This document shows, one piece after another, positions 41,243-50,420 of a stretch of 64,000 nt of DNA. Below the pieces are notes generated by a model. It was not told the origin of the DNA, did not search any database, and saw only the letters and a program-made list of their open reading frames with translations. The DNA is from an uncultured Candidatus Saccharibacteria bacterium. GTDB lineage: Bacteria > Patescibacteriota > Saccharimonadia > Saccharimonadales > JBBQAJ01. The stretch spans positions 13,629 through 77,628 of the forward strand of contig CAZQZT010000001.1 in the NCBI GenBank assembly GCA_964597925.1, written 5' to 3'. Position 1 is the stretch's first letter. Every line of letters starts with the position of its first letter. The translations under genes were made by a program, and so were the position numbers.

Positions 41243-41809
41243 ATGGAATGGAATCGTGGCGGCAGCCCAACACAACCAGCAGGCCAACCCGTTAATCATA
41301 CAGGCGGCTCACGCAAGAGAAAAATTTCATTATTAAGCATGAGTACTGCAAGTGTCGTGCTTGTTATTTGCATTGCCATCTTGATCTCAGCTGTCGCTGG
41401 TTCTATAGCCTTTGTTCGTGGACCTGCTTCTCAGAGCAAATACGTAGAAAGCAACAATATGCAAGCGGTTTTCTTACAGGGTGGTCAGGTTTATTTTGGT
41501 AAAATTACCACACTAAATGATAAATTCATGCGTGTTACTGAAATCTACTACTTGCGAGTAAATCAGATTGTACAGCCTGATGGCAGCGCAGCTACAAACA
41601 ACCAAGATATATCACTAGTAAAGCTTGGCTGTGAACTGCATGGTCCACAAGACAGCATGGTGATTAACCAAGAACAGGTTATCTTCTGGGAAAACCTAAA
41701 AACCGACGGTCAGGTTGCCAAAGCAGTTGCCGACTACCAAAAACAGAATCCAAATGGTCAGAAGTGTGAAACCAAGACTAACACTAATTCTGGCACAAAC
41801 AATCCTTAG
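41243..41809 (+). CDS. Membrane-anchored hypothetical protein
   Basis: SD AAAGGTGG 9 nt upstream. Single TM VVLVICIAILISAVAGSIAF followed by a soluble domain. Confidence 0.5.
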   Translation: MEWNRGGSPTQPAGQPVNHTGGSRKRKISLLSMSTASVVLVICIAILISAVAGSIAFVRGPASQSKYVESNNMQAVFLQGGQVYFGKITTLNDKFMRVTEIYYLRVNQIVQPDGSAATNNQDISLVKLGCELHGPQDSMVINQEQVIFWENLKTDGQVAKAVADYQKQNPNGQKCETKTNTNSGTNNP

Positions 41810-41911
41810 TATGGTCTAAGTTAGCAGTAAAAAGTCCGGGGCAATCCGGGCTTTTTATATGGAGCACTTTCAAATACCCGTCGGCTTATTTAGCTTTATA
41901 GAACAATGCAA

Positions 41912-42541
41912 TTATAAATGGCGCTTGAACTGGTGGCGCAGCCAAAGCTCTAGACCATATCGCACTACAAACATAAAGCCAAAAAATACTGCCAAAACAA
42001 TACTCCAGCCCGCTAAATCAGATGACCAAACTGGACTGGCAAAATTGTACTTGTACAAGCTGTCGGGTATGGTCTGTTCTTTTTCTAGGGGCGGGGCTGC
42101 ACGTGTATCCAGGTAGTTTTGTATGCACGGTAAGCGGCCAGCACCGTAGAAACTTTGTGGAACGGTTTGTTCACAGTATTTCTGGGCATCATTATACAAA
42201 TTGCTTGACGCATTTGCCTTGTCCACTCGCACTTGTTCGGCAGCAACTAAGCGTTCATAGCGGTATTTTAGCTGTATTGGTGGATAAACTGATGTAGCGG
42301 AAGCAAGGTCGGTATTCATGTGGGCATATACGTACTGGCGTAGTTCTTTGAGCGCTGTTTCCGTATCGCCATTTTCTTCATCTACTCTCAGCACTTCGTC
42401 ACGAAGCTTTATGACTGTAAGATTGTTTTGGCGCAAGGCAAAAACTGCAACAACGGTAAAAAAAATAGCCGCTATCAAAAAATACCAGTAGCTCACTCTT
42501 CTGAGCTGAATCAGCATATGATGCAGTTTTCTTTTATTCAT
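41912..42541 (-). CDS. Hypothetical membrane protein (N- and C-terminal TM)
   Basis: ORF 41912..42604. Start at the internal Met (MNKRKLHH, 42541) is preferred because it avoids overlap with the divergent murC-like start. Confidence 0.5.
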   Translation of the reverse strand: MNKRKLHHMLIQLRRVSYWYFLIAAIFFTVVAVFALRQNNLTVIKLRDEVLRVDEENGDTETALKELRQYVYAHMNTDLASATSVYPPIQLKYRYERLVAAEQVRVDKANASSNLYNDAQKYCEQTVPQSFYGAGRLPCIQNYLDTRAAPPLEKEQTIPDSLYKYNFASPVWSSDLAGWSIVLAVFFGFMFVVRYGLELWLRHQFKRHL

Positions 42542-42555
42542 TACGCTTATTGTAA

Positions 42556-42584
42556 CGACTATTCGACCATTCGACCATTCGACT
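42556..42584. repeat. 8-nt tandem repeat (about 3.6 copies) in a divergent promoter region
   Basis: CGACT ATTCGACC ATTCGACC ATTCGACT, immediately upstream of TGCTAGACT (-10 box) and ATG 42599. Confidence 0.8.
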
Positions 42585-42598
42585 GCTAGACTTAAAAG

Positions 42599-43870
42599 AT
42601 GCATATCTTTTTCTCTGGCATAGGCGGGACCGCTATAGGCCCACTAGCTATGATTGCTCAACAGGCAGGATACACAGTGTCTGGTTCTGATAAACAAGAT
42701 AGCCAGTACATACAATATTTGCGTTCTCGCGGAATAGAAAATATCCATATTGGTCAGTCAAACGAGCAGATTACTCAGACCCATAGCCATAACCCGATTG
42801 ATTGGTACGTATACTCTTCTGCAGTAGCAATCGAAAACCCAGATGCACCAGAACTATTGTTTTGCCAAGAAAACAACATAAAAACCAGCAAAAGAGACGA
42901 ACTACTAAAACAAATCATTGCCGACAAAAAACTCAAACTAATAGCCATAGCCGGCACGCATGGCAAAACTACCACCACAGCTATGATTATATGGCTGTTC
43001 AAACAGCTCGACATCCCCGTCAGCTATTCGGTTGGCGCCAAAATTTCTTTTGGAGAGATGGGTCAATATTTAGAAGGGTCAGAGTATTTTGTCTACGAAG
43101 CCGACGAATTTGACCGTAACTTCCTACAGTTTTATCCATTTTTTACAATTATCTCTGGAATTGCTTATGACCATCCTGACATTTATCCAACTGAAACAGA
43201 TTATAATAAAGCTTTTAATGACTTTGTCTGTCAGAGCCAAAACATAGTTGCTCATCCAAATGACTTGGAAAAAATTGGGCTAACTGCAGAACCGTCAGAA
43301 TATCTGGAAATTTTATCCGAGTTAACACTGAGGGGTCAGGTCAACCGCGAGAACGCAAGACTGGCAATTGAAACTATAGCCAAACTAACAAAAGAGTCTG
43401 TTGCTGATTTGATAGCCTCTATGAATCGTTTTCCGGGCATTTCAAGGCGTTTTGAGAAGATTATACCAAACGTATACAGTGACTACGCACATACACCAGA
43501 AAAGATACTAGGAGCCTTGCAAATGGCTCATGAAGTGGCTGGCAACAATGTTGTAGTGGTGTACGAAGGCTTGCACAACACGCGCCAACATTTTATCAAG
43601 AATGAGCTAGCAAATTTGTTCGATTCTGTAAAAAAACTATACATAGTACCTTCGTATCGAGCACGTGAAGATGAAAAACTTGAAGACCTGACTCCAGAAA
43701 AGCTTGTTGGCTTGGTATCTCAGCCAGAAAAAGCCGAGCCAATGACCCTAAATAACAGATTGAAAGTCGCCATACAAAGCCATACGAACGCCGGAGACTT
43801 GGTGCTATGTTTGAGCGCTGGTGGAGGTGGCTCTTTAGACGAATGGTTGAGGGTCCAATTTACCAGCTAG
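42599..43870 (+). CDS. Mur ligase family protein (MurC/Mpl-like)
   Basis: N-terminus FFSGIGGTAIGPLAMIAQQAGYTVSGSD and ATP-site AIAGTHGKTTTTAM, 423 aa. No SD; the -10 box ends 6 nt before the ATG. Confidence 0.75.
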   Translation: MHIFFSGIGGTAIGPLAMIAQQAGYTVSGSDKQDSQYIQYLRSRGIENIHIGQSNEQITQTHSHNPIDWYVYSSAVAIENPDAPELLFCQENNIKTSKRDELLKQIIADKKLKLIAIAGTHGKTTTTAMIIWLFKQLDIPVSYSVGAKISFGEMGQYLEGSEYFVYEADEFDRNFLQFYPFFTIISGIAYDHPDIYPTETDYNKAFNDFVCQSQNIVAHPNDLEKIGLTAEPSEYLEILSELTLRGQVNRENARLAIETIAKLTKESVADLIASMNRFPGISRRFEKIIPNVYSDYAHTPEKILGALQMAHEVAGNNVVVVYEGLHNTRQHFIKNELANLFDSVKKLYIVPSYRAREDEKLEDLTPEKLVGLVSQPEKAEPMTLNNRLKVAIQSHTNAGDLVLCLSAGGGGSLDEWLRVQFTS

Positions 43871-44211
43871 CGGTTATCTCCGCTACCACTTAGCTTTCCG
43901 CGTACACTACGACTTTTTAGTTTGGCAATGTTTTTGGTGGCAATTTCGTCAAGCGGAACATCTAGATAGTGGCCTAGTAGCGCTATGTACCACAGCACGT
44001 CCCCTAGTTCTTTAGTTAGTTCTTGCCTGTCTTCATCTGTTATTTGAGCATCTTTGTCTCTTAGAATCTTTTTAAATTTTTCTGCTATTTCTCCGCTTTC
44101 ACCCAGCAATCCTAGTACCTTGTCCATGAAAGCTATACTCAGCACATCACTACCTTTGCCAGCACTTAAATCAGTAGTAACAGCCTGTTTTTGATACTCA
44201 TCAAAGTTCAT
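43867..44211 (-). CDS. MazG-like nucleotide pyrophosphohydrolase
   Basis: GLLGESGEIAEKFKK...ELGDVLWYIALL, the MazG EExxE/D motif pattern. 114 aa. Confidence 0.8.
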   Translation of the reverse strand: MNFDEYQKQAVTTDLSAGKGSDVLSIAFMDKVLGLLGESGEIAEKFKKILRDKDAQITDEDRQELTKELGDVLWYIALLGHYLDVPLDEIATKNIAKLKSRSVRGKLSGSGDNR

Positions 44212-44801
44212 AATATTTTCCCTGTTTCTTCATCTATCTTAACAGCACCGTCTCTTAGAATCTCTACCGCATCATCTACTATCCGAATAAGCGTGGAGGG
44301 CGCACGGCCAGACAAATCTCCACCGTCTACATAGAAATCAACAGAATCACCGAAGTAATTTCGCGCATCCGCTACAGTCCCTGCCGGCTCCTCGCCTGGC
44401 ATATTGGCACTACTTGTTAGTAGCGGTCCAGTTATGCTTAACAAGTTAAGCAATTCTACCGGTCGTTCGACCACCCGAAAGGCCTGTCGCCCTGTTGATT
44501 GGCTTAAATACTCTACCTGATGTGGAATTTCTACACTAATGGCGTTTGGCCAAAACCGTTCTATAGCTTTAAGATATCTAGCCTTTATACCTATTTCTAT
44601 CAACTGCTCTATGCTAGATGCGATGATGGTACCTGGTTTATTTTCACGAAACTTTAACTGATACAGACGTTTTACTGCGAGTTCGTCAGAAGCTCTGCAT
44701 ACTAAACCGTACACAGTATCAGTAGGCATAACTCCAACACTTCCTGATTGCAATAAGTCGATAAGTTTATGGTCGCTTAACGCGTTAAGTAATATGCTCA
44801 T
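44208..44801 (-). CDS. tsaC: L-threonylcarbamoyladenylate synthase (TsaC/YrdC family)
   Basis: VGVMPTDTVYGLVCRA, LTSSANMPGEEP, STLIR motifs. Confidence 0.85.
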   Translation of the reverse strand: MSILLNALSDHKLIDLLQSGSVGVMPTDTVYGLVCRASDELAVKRLYQLKFRENKPGTIIASSIEQLIEIGIKARYLKAIERFWPNAISVEIPHQVEYLSQSTGRQAFRVVERPVELLNLLSITGPLLTSSANMPGEEPAGTVADARNYFGDSVDFYVDGGDLSGRAPSTLIRIVDDAVEILRDGAVKIDEETGKIL

Positions 44802-44804
44802 AGA

Positions 44805-45362
44805 TTATTTTGATTCTTGAGTTATTTGTTTAATTATCGGCAGGGTTTTCATCTGATGAATCTGATCTTTGCACCACCAAGACCAGGAGTTTGATCTATC
44901 AGCCAGTGCTTGATTGCAGAAATCCTGCCACATCATCCATTTATAAGCTTCGACTTCATCTGTATTTGGTAACACGGGGTTAGTAGACCGAGACACATAG
45001 ACTGGGCAAAATTCATGTTCAATAATTCCATTAAACGGTGGTGTTTTGTATGTATAATTTGGTAAAGCCACCATAAAATCAGTCACTTCCATGCCTAATT
45101 CAAACTTCAAACGACGTTTGATTGCGTTTTTAATTTCTTCACCATCACCCGGGTGACCGCAGAGGCTGTTTGTCCATACACCTGGATAAACTTTTTTGGT
45201 CAAAGCTCTCTGCGTAACTAGCAGTTTTCCGTCACTGTTAAAAACGTAGCAAGAAAATGCCAAATGCAGCCTTGTTGCTGAATTGTGGGCTTGTAGTTTT
45301 TCGGCTGTTTCTCCGGTTGGCGTACCATCAGCCTCACAATAGACGACTAGTTCCTCAGGCAT
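44805..45362 (-). CDS. idi: Isopentenyl-diphosphate delta-isomerase, type 1 (Nudix fold)
   Basis: RLHLAFSCYVFNSDGKLLVTQRALTKKVYPGVWTNSLCGHP...EHEFCPVY matches type-1 IDI motifs. Confidence 0.8.
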   Translation of the reverse strand: MPEELVVYCEADGTPTGETAEKLQAHNSATRLHLAFSCYVFNSDGKLLVTQRALTKKVYPGVWTNSLCGHPGDGEEIKNAIKRRLKFELGMEVTDFMVALPNYTYKTPPFNGIIEHEFCPVYVSRSTNPVLPNTDEVEAYKWMMWQDFCNQALADRSNSWSWWCKDQIHQMKTLPIIKQITQESK

Positions 45363-45444
45363 TACAGATTATTATAGCTTGTTTGATAGCTACTACTTAA
45401 ATCATGTACAGGATTAAATAAATAATAACCGTTTACAATAATGT

Positions 45445-46119
45445 CTAGAGACCAAGGCTAGTGTCGCTAAGTTCTTCTGGTGGGAAATCTTTTTCGTCAT
45501 TTGTTCCGGTAACGCTGGCGTCAATTTCTTTGATGGTAATGTCTACATCTTCTGAGCTGGCTTGTAGTTTTTCGACACTTGTGGTGGAGTCTTCGCGATT
45601 TATTTCGCCATCATTGTTTGTCTTCATGTAAGTATATATAACCAAACCAGCAATACCTACAGCAACAATTACTGCAATTACTAGGGCTATTACAGGCATG
45701 CCTTTTTTATGATGCGGATGTAGCGGTGTAGTGACTGGATGACTATCTCCAGCGGGCGTCTGTTCGTGCGCAGATTCTGGTGAGGAGGAATTCGTTTCAA
45801 CTGAAGATGCATCTGAGTTCGTAACATTTATGCTGGTTGTCTCGGGTTCTGGAGCTGGCGCTTGAGCCATTATAGGATCCGTATTCAAGACATCGGGAGT
45901 TGAATTACTTTCTAATGAAGGAGGTTCAAAATTATTTGTTTGAACATTGTCGCCTGACATTTGTGAAGCATCTCCTGAATCTGCTGAAGAATCATTTACA
46001 TCCCAGCTGTTTGTGGGTGGTACTCCAGTGCTTTTTTCTGGCTGTGTTGGTGCCGTTACGTCCATAACATTACCATTACTAGGAATTGGCTCATTATCTG
46101 GTTTATTCTGTTGATCCAT
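45445..46119 (-). CDS. Low-complexity membrane-anchored hypothetical protein
   Basis: Ser/Thr/Pro/Asn-rich N-terminal half, one TM (VIALVIAVIVAVGIAGLVIY), acidic C-terminus. Confidence 0.5.
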   Translation of the reverse strand: MDQQNKPDNEPIPSNGNVMDVTAPTQPEKSTGVPPTNSWDVNDSSADSGDASQMSGDNVQTNNFEPPSLESNSTPDVLNTDPIMAQAPAPEPETTSINVTNSDASSVETNSSSPESAHEQTPAGDSHPVTTPLHPHHKKGMPVIALVIAVIVAVGIAGLVIYTYMKTNNDGEINREDSTTSVEKLQASSEDVDITIKEIDASVTGTNDEKDFPPEELSDTSLGL

Positions 46120-46121
46120 AG

Positions 46122-46787
46122 CTATTGATCCTCCTCTGGAGTATTAGATTCAAGTTGAGCGCGAATGGTTTTGAGTAATGGTTTTATGGTGTCTTGTACG
46201 TGACTGCGTATAGCTTTGACGTCTTGGCTGACTTTTTCGCGAGCAGTACGAGCAGCTTCGAGCGCTGCCTTGAAACCATCTGGATCTGTTTTGCAATCCA
46301 TTGCCGCCAAATCCGACACTGCTAGCTTATAGGTTGCCAAATCTGTATTGAACAAAGTAATTTTGGATTCCAAATCTGCAATTGCAGTATTAAGTTCATC
46401 TGTATTTACGCCCTTGTTTTTAAGTTTTTCCGACAAACCCGTTAGGCGACTGACAATGTTTTTATGTACTTGAGTACGGCTTGTCTCTATGCCCTTAACT
46501 CTTCCGCTAATTGAACTTACAAGACCTTGAGATGCTTTGCACTTTGTTTGTATGCGTACTTTTTGTGCCGCGGTAAGTTTAGTCTTAAGCTCTGCCTTTT
46601 TTGCAGCTACTCGATCGGCAATTGCTTTGAGTTCTGCTGGAGTTTTTGGGATTTCTGTCTCTGCTTTTTCTGTTGTTTGAGTAGTTGTTGTTTGATTTGT
46701 TTGACTACCTTCTACTGCAAAAACCACAGCTGAAGACGACGGTAAGGCTAATACCGTCAGGAGCCCAAGTGCTAGTAAGCGTTTCAT
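46122..46787 (-). CDS. Secreted coiled-coil hypothetical protein
   Basis: Signal peptide MKRLLALGLLTVLALPSSSAVVFA, then helical repeats. Confidence 0.5.
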   Translation of the reverse strand: MKRLLALGLLTVLALPSSSAVVFAVEGSQTNQTTTTQTTEKAETEIPKTPAELKAIADRVAAKKAELKTKLTAAQKVRIQTKCKASQGLVSSISGRVKGIETSRTQVHKNIVSRLTGLSEKLKNKGVNTDELNTAIADLESKITLFNTDLATYKLAVSDLAAMDCKTDPDGFKAALEAARTAREKVSQDVKAIRSHVQDTIKPLLKTIRAQLESNTPEEDQ

Positions 46788-46853
46788 GTGTCTTTAGTTC
46801 CTTTTTAATTCTTTTCATATTCTACCATAAGCTCTTTAATATAAGTGTACTAG

Positions 46854-47102
46854 TTAGGATTTTTTAGAAGCTATCCAAGTCATAACTACCGCGGCAGCAA
46901 TCCACTGCGGAAAAATACCATACAAAGTATCACTCACTGAGTGCGAGTTACGATCCACCACTATAAAAACCGTTATCAAATAAGCAACGAATGGTATGTA
47001 TAGCAACCAGCCTTGCCAACTATTTGGTAAATAACTACCCCTTACTTTCACAAACCACTTATTAGATTTACGCTTTGTCATTAAGCTAAGTATACTCGCC
47101 AT
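46854..47102 (-). CDS. Small membrane protein (2 TM)
   Basis: 82 aa with two hydrophobic helices. Confidence 0.45.
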   Translation of the reverse strand: MASILSLMTKRKSNKWFVKVRGSYLPNSWQGWLLYIPFVAYLITVFIVVDRNSHSVSDTLYGIFPQWIAAAVVMTWIASKKS

Positions 47103-47117
47103 GTTTTATGTCTTACA

Positions 47118-47206
47118 GAAAGATCAGCTTGGCTTAGTCTGCGCCGTAGACTTGGCTTTGCTGACCGAGCGACTAGGAACCCACTTGGGTTTTCTCATGA
47201 CCTAGT
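47118..47206 (+). ncRNA. Structured element, copy 3 (orphan, between two minus-strand genes)
   Basis: GCTTGG...CCGAGC (U-G wobble), AGTCT-gcgccgt-AGACT, TTGGC-ttt-GCTGA (two wobble pairs). The terminal hairpin is remodelled: ACTAGG-GAACCC-actt-GGGTTTTC-tcatga-CCTAGT. Confidence 0.45.
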
Positions 47207-49352
47207 AGTAGTACCAGCGGTCAATTCCTCTAGAATTAGTAACGTCCCTAATTTTTACCGGTTCACCACCGTCAATACTTATGGCATAATCAGCTGTTTC
47301 TTGGTCAGATTTCACTCTGTATACCAAAACACTGTCACTCAACCAGCTAAGCGGGTAGCCCAATCCACTTTGACTGCGCAAGTTCACGTCTTTTTTGTCT
47401 GTTAGTTCATATTTTAGTAACACGCCTTTGCCATCGCGGCTATCTACCCATGCACTATATTTGTTTGCTGGATTGTTGATATAAACTCTAGATGTTTGAT
47501 TGGCTGGAGCGCTGTTGAGCTTGGTTGGCACTTTGGCACCGAGTTGGTAGTCATACCATAGCTGTTGAACTGACAGCGCAAAATGGTCAAAGCTTGTTCT
47601 GAATATATTCCATACTTCTTGGTCAAAAATAGTCTGCTTGTTGCTGCCGTCTGCACGAATTTTATAAAAACCGCCTTTTTCCGTTTGGTAGGCGCTAGAC
47701 GTAGCGTAATAAATAGACCCGTCGGCAGCAATTACATCGTTAAAATAGTTGCTACTAGCAAGCTCTGTATTTTTGGAATCTTTGTAGTTGTAGCTCATCA
47801 GACGATAGCGTTTTGGACTATTGGCGCTACTACCTGCTGCAATCTGCACATAAACTAAATTATCATCAATCCAGTCCACTATTTGAATACGCTCTGAAGC
47901 CACAATATTTGTGGTGCTGGAATCTTCTGGATGTATTAGTATCAGGTTGCTCATTACAAAGCCGTCGCTGTTTTGCAAGCCGGCTCGAGTAGAAACATAT
48001 GCTACCAAGTCTTCTTTGGGATGAGCGACCAGCACCATATCGTCTTTTTCTTTTCCGCTTCCAGCAAGCAAAAGTTTTTCTTCTTTGCCGTCAATATATA
48101 CATTATATATGTCATATTTGCCAGAGCGTTTTGATACAAAAACTTGCTTGCGTGCTGGTACTAACTTTACGTCATGATTCGATTTGTCATCAGGATCTAT
48201 GGTTACTATTTCTGTTCTATAGCCTTGGCCCTTTATGCTGACGTCAAATTTCTGATCATTTAAAGCATCTATGGTTAGTTTTATATTGCCTTTGTCGTCT
48301 GAGATTGCATTGGCTACGTCACTACTGGCTTCAACCTTTGTAAGTGGTTTGCCAGACAGAAATTCTGTAATAGTAAAGCTGTATTGTGTACCTGTTGGTG
48401 TAAGACTAAATTCACCTAGCGGATTGCTTCCCAGGCCAACTACTACGGCTTGACTAATTTGTGCAAAAGCTCTCTTTTCTATTATAAGTTCGCTTGAACC
48501 TAGTTTTATTTTTTTCAACTGCACTTTGCCTTCTTCGTCAGTGACACTTTTTACATTGCCTATAGTGACATTTACGTTTTTTAGGGGCTGGTTTGTGCTT
48601 TGGTCTAGCACTACAGCTGAACTGCTAGCTCGCACCCCCGCTGTATTTAGTAAAAAGTACCGAGAGGTGGGCATTACTGCAGCTACAATAGCGCTTACTA
48701 GAAATAATAAGATTACTGCCCATCTATGTGCAGGTTTTACCCACCAAGCTTTCAGAGTTTTAAGTAAACTTTTTCTAGGTTTTTTTTCTGGTTTTACTGG
48801 TTCGTCCGTATCACGTACGGCATCTTCTACTTCTAGGAGTTCATCGCCCTCGGCAGCAATAATTTCTTCTACCGCCTTGTCGGTACTCGGGTCTGCCAAA
48901 ATAGCTGGATCTTCTAGGGCAATATCATTTGCGACTGGCTCTATAGGTTCAATCTCTTCTTTGGTTTCGTTTTTTGGTTTTTCTAATGGCTGTTCCAGGG
49001 GTACATTGGCAGCCTTCTTGTCTAAGTCGGCTGTAGCTTCGTCATGATGTGAAATAGGTATTATAACTTTTTGGGAATTTTTGGATTCTGCTGACTTGAC
49101 ATCATTTTTTTTAGATGGAAGTTCTGGAGCAGAAGGTAGCAGATCTGTCTTTGATTTCAGGTGAACTTTAGCTTCATCTTCAGTGGGAGCTGAAACGGAC
49201 TGGATTTCAATGTTTGTTTTAGCTGTGGCAGATTTGGCTACTGGGGACGTTACTGGTTCTTCAGGAACAGCCGGATCTAGCAGGCGCTTTACCCGCACTT
49301 CAATATCATCGCTTCGGGGATTTAGGTCCTCAGTACGCTCGTCATGACTCAT
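47202..49352 (-). CDS. Large surface protein: disordered N-terminus, TM, Ig/carboxypeptidase-regulatory-like repeats and a beta-propeller-like C-terminus
   Basis: 716 aa. TM WAVILLFLVSAIVAAV. The C-terminal half has repeated DG-x-x-I-x-Y/F strands reminiscent of TolB/PD40 propellers. Function unknown. Confidence 0.55.
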   Translation of the reverse strand: MSHDERTEDLNPRSDDIEVRVKRLLDPAVPEEPVTSPVAKSATAKTNIEIQSVSAPTEDEAKVHLKSKTDLLPSAPELPSKKNDVKSAESKNSQKVIIPISHHDEATADLDKKAANVPLEQPLEKPKNETKEEIEPIEPVANDIALEDPAILADPSTDKAVEEIIAAEGDELLEVEDAVRDTDEPVKPEKKPRKSLLKTLKAWWVKPAHRWAVILLFLVSAIVAAVMPTSRYFLLNTAGVRASSSAVVLDQSTNQPLKNVNVTIGNVKSVTDEEGKVQLKKIKLGSSELIIEKRAFAQISQAVVVGLGSNPLGEFSLTPTGTQYSFTITEFLSGKPLTKVEASSDVANAISDDKGNIKLTIDALNDQKFDVSIKGQGYRTEIVTIDPDDKSNHDVKLVPARKQVFVSKRSGKYDIYNVYIDGKEEKLLLAGSGKEKDDMVLVAHPKEDLVAYVSTRAGLQNSDGFVMSNLILIHPEDSSTTNIVASERIQIVDWIDDNLVYVQIAAGSSANSPKRYRLMSYNYKDSKNTELASSNYFNDVIAADGSIYYATSSAYQTEKGGFYKIRADGSNKQTIFDQEVWNIFRTSFDHFALSVQQLWYDYQLGAKVPTKLNSAPANQTSRVYINNPANKYSAWVDSRDGKGVLLKYELTDKKDVNLRSQSGLGYPLSWLSDSVLVYRVKSDQETADYAISIDGGEPVKIRDVTNSRGIDRWYYY

Positions 49353-49405
49353 AAATATTTATGCTTATCCTTCGTTGAAAGTGTAGCAAAAACGTCGGTG
49401 GGTTA

Positions 49406-49945
49406 CTATTTTCTTTTTTTAGTGTTTATCTTTTTCTTTTTAGGCTTTTTCTTTTTAGGCTTTTTCTTTGGCTGAGACTTTGATGGTTCTGGAGCAACTA
49501 CTAGTTTTGGTTCTTCGGTCTTTTCTTGTTCTAGTTTGTCCGCTGGTTTTGCAAACTTTAAAATCAAAATAAGTACAGCTAAAACAACAGCAATAGCCAC
49601 AAAAAACAGCGTCATTGCGCTGATTCCCCGAGAATTAGAAGTAGAATCTGATTTTTGCCAAGAAGCCTGTAGGGTCGTGCCGGTAGATTCAACCTGGAGT
49701 GAGCTCGTTTTTGGAAAGGCTTGCGGGTTAACGCCAGGCTGGTTGAAGGCATTGCTACTACTAGATGAAGTTATTGGCTGTAGAAAGGCAGAATTTGGCT
49801 GCAAACCACCTCCTACATTCCCTTGCGGATTGCGAGTAGGTGGTTGAATATCTGTGGAAGTACTTCCGCCGGGTATTGTAGAAGCCATGATTGCCATAAC
49901 AGTATATCTAACTAAACCGAAATGTCCGCCCATAAAACAACTCAT
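49406..49945 (-). CDS. Hypothetical membrane protein with a poly-Lys tail
   Basis: TM MTLFFVAIAVVLAVLILIL and a C-terminal KKKPKKKKPKKKKINTKKRK. Confidence 0.45.
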   Translation of the reverse strand: MSCFMGGHFGLVRYTVMAIMASTIPGGSTSTDIQPPTRNPQGNVGGGLQPNSAFLQPITSSSSSNAFNQPGVNPQAFPKTSSLQVESTGTTLQASWQKSDSTSNSRGISAMTLFFVAIAVVLAVLILILKFAKPADKLEQEKTEEPKLVVAPEPSKSQPKKKPKKKKPKKKKINTKKRK

Positions 49946-49949
49946 GGTC

Positions 49950-50395
49950 TCTAGTTGTTGTCATTGATGACTAGTGACTGGTTATCCTTCAAATACATAA
50001 CCCTGTCATTGTCTTTATAAATTTTTTTCATGTGGTTTATATACTCTAGGAATTCTGGGTTATCGGCGTGTGGTGCAATAATTCTCTCTGTTAGGCCCAA
50101 TCCTTTCCATATGATTTGAGCCGTCTAGGTCGGTTTTTACCACATCTATTTTGCCTGTTTGCTTAGACAAGAAATATATTTTACCTGCAGGAGTTAGCAC
50201 AAACTCGTTTTCTTTTACCGCCTGCTGATTAACCGTTATATCAACTTTTTCTTCGTCAAATTCAGGTTTATTAGGAATTTCTAATAGTTCACTTTCAGGC
50301 TGTTCTGGTTCTATTTCAAATGACGTTTCTTCAACGATTTAGTCGCTGGGTTTTGATTTATCTGCCACGATACTACTCTGTTACATAAGCTATAT
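49950..50395 (-). pseudogene. Decayed gene (at least 2 frame disruptions), beta-propeller/DUF5050-like fragment
   Basis: Own minus-strand translation gives three pieces in different frames: VADKSKPSD-stop; IVEETSFEIEPEQ...LTPAGKIYFLSKQTGKIDVVKTDLDGSNHMERIG...; ERIIAPHADNPEFLEYINHMKKIYKDNDRVMYLKDNQSLVINDNN-stop. No intact ORF in the track. Confidence 0.5.
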
Positions 50396-50420
50396 GCTGA
50401 GCACAAGAAGTTTCCAATAT

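Noticed and set aside
41100-41336. Plus-strand ORF of 78 aa in the 40927-41242 intergenic region.
   Set aside because: It has no SD, overlaps the better-supported start (SD AAAGGTGG) of 41243..41809 in another frame, and has a nondescript sequence. The region does contain a GTCAAC-ccc-GTTGAC palindrome (40992-41006) of unknown meaning.
44805-45362. idi as evidence for endogenous retinal or carotenoid synthesis supporting the heliorhodopsin.
   Set aside because: It is a single isoprenoid housekeeping gene 35 kb away, and no crt or blh genes occur in the window. It more likely serves undecaprenyl-phosphate synthesis (uppP, gtrA and a sugar transferase are nearby).
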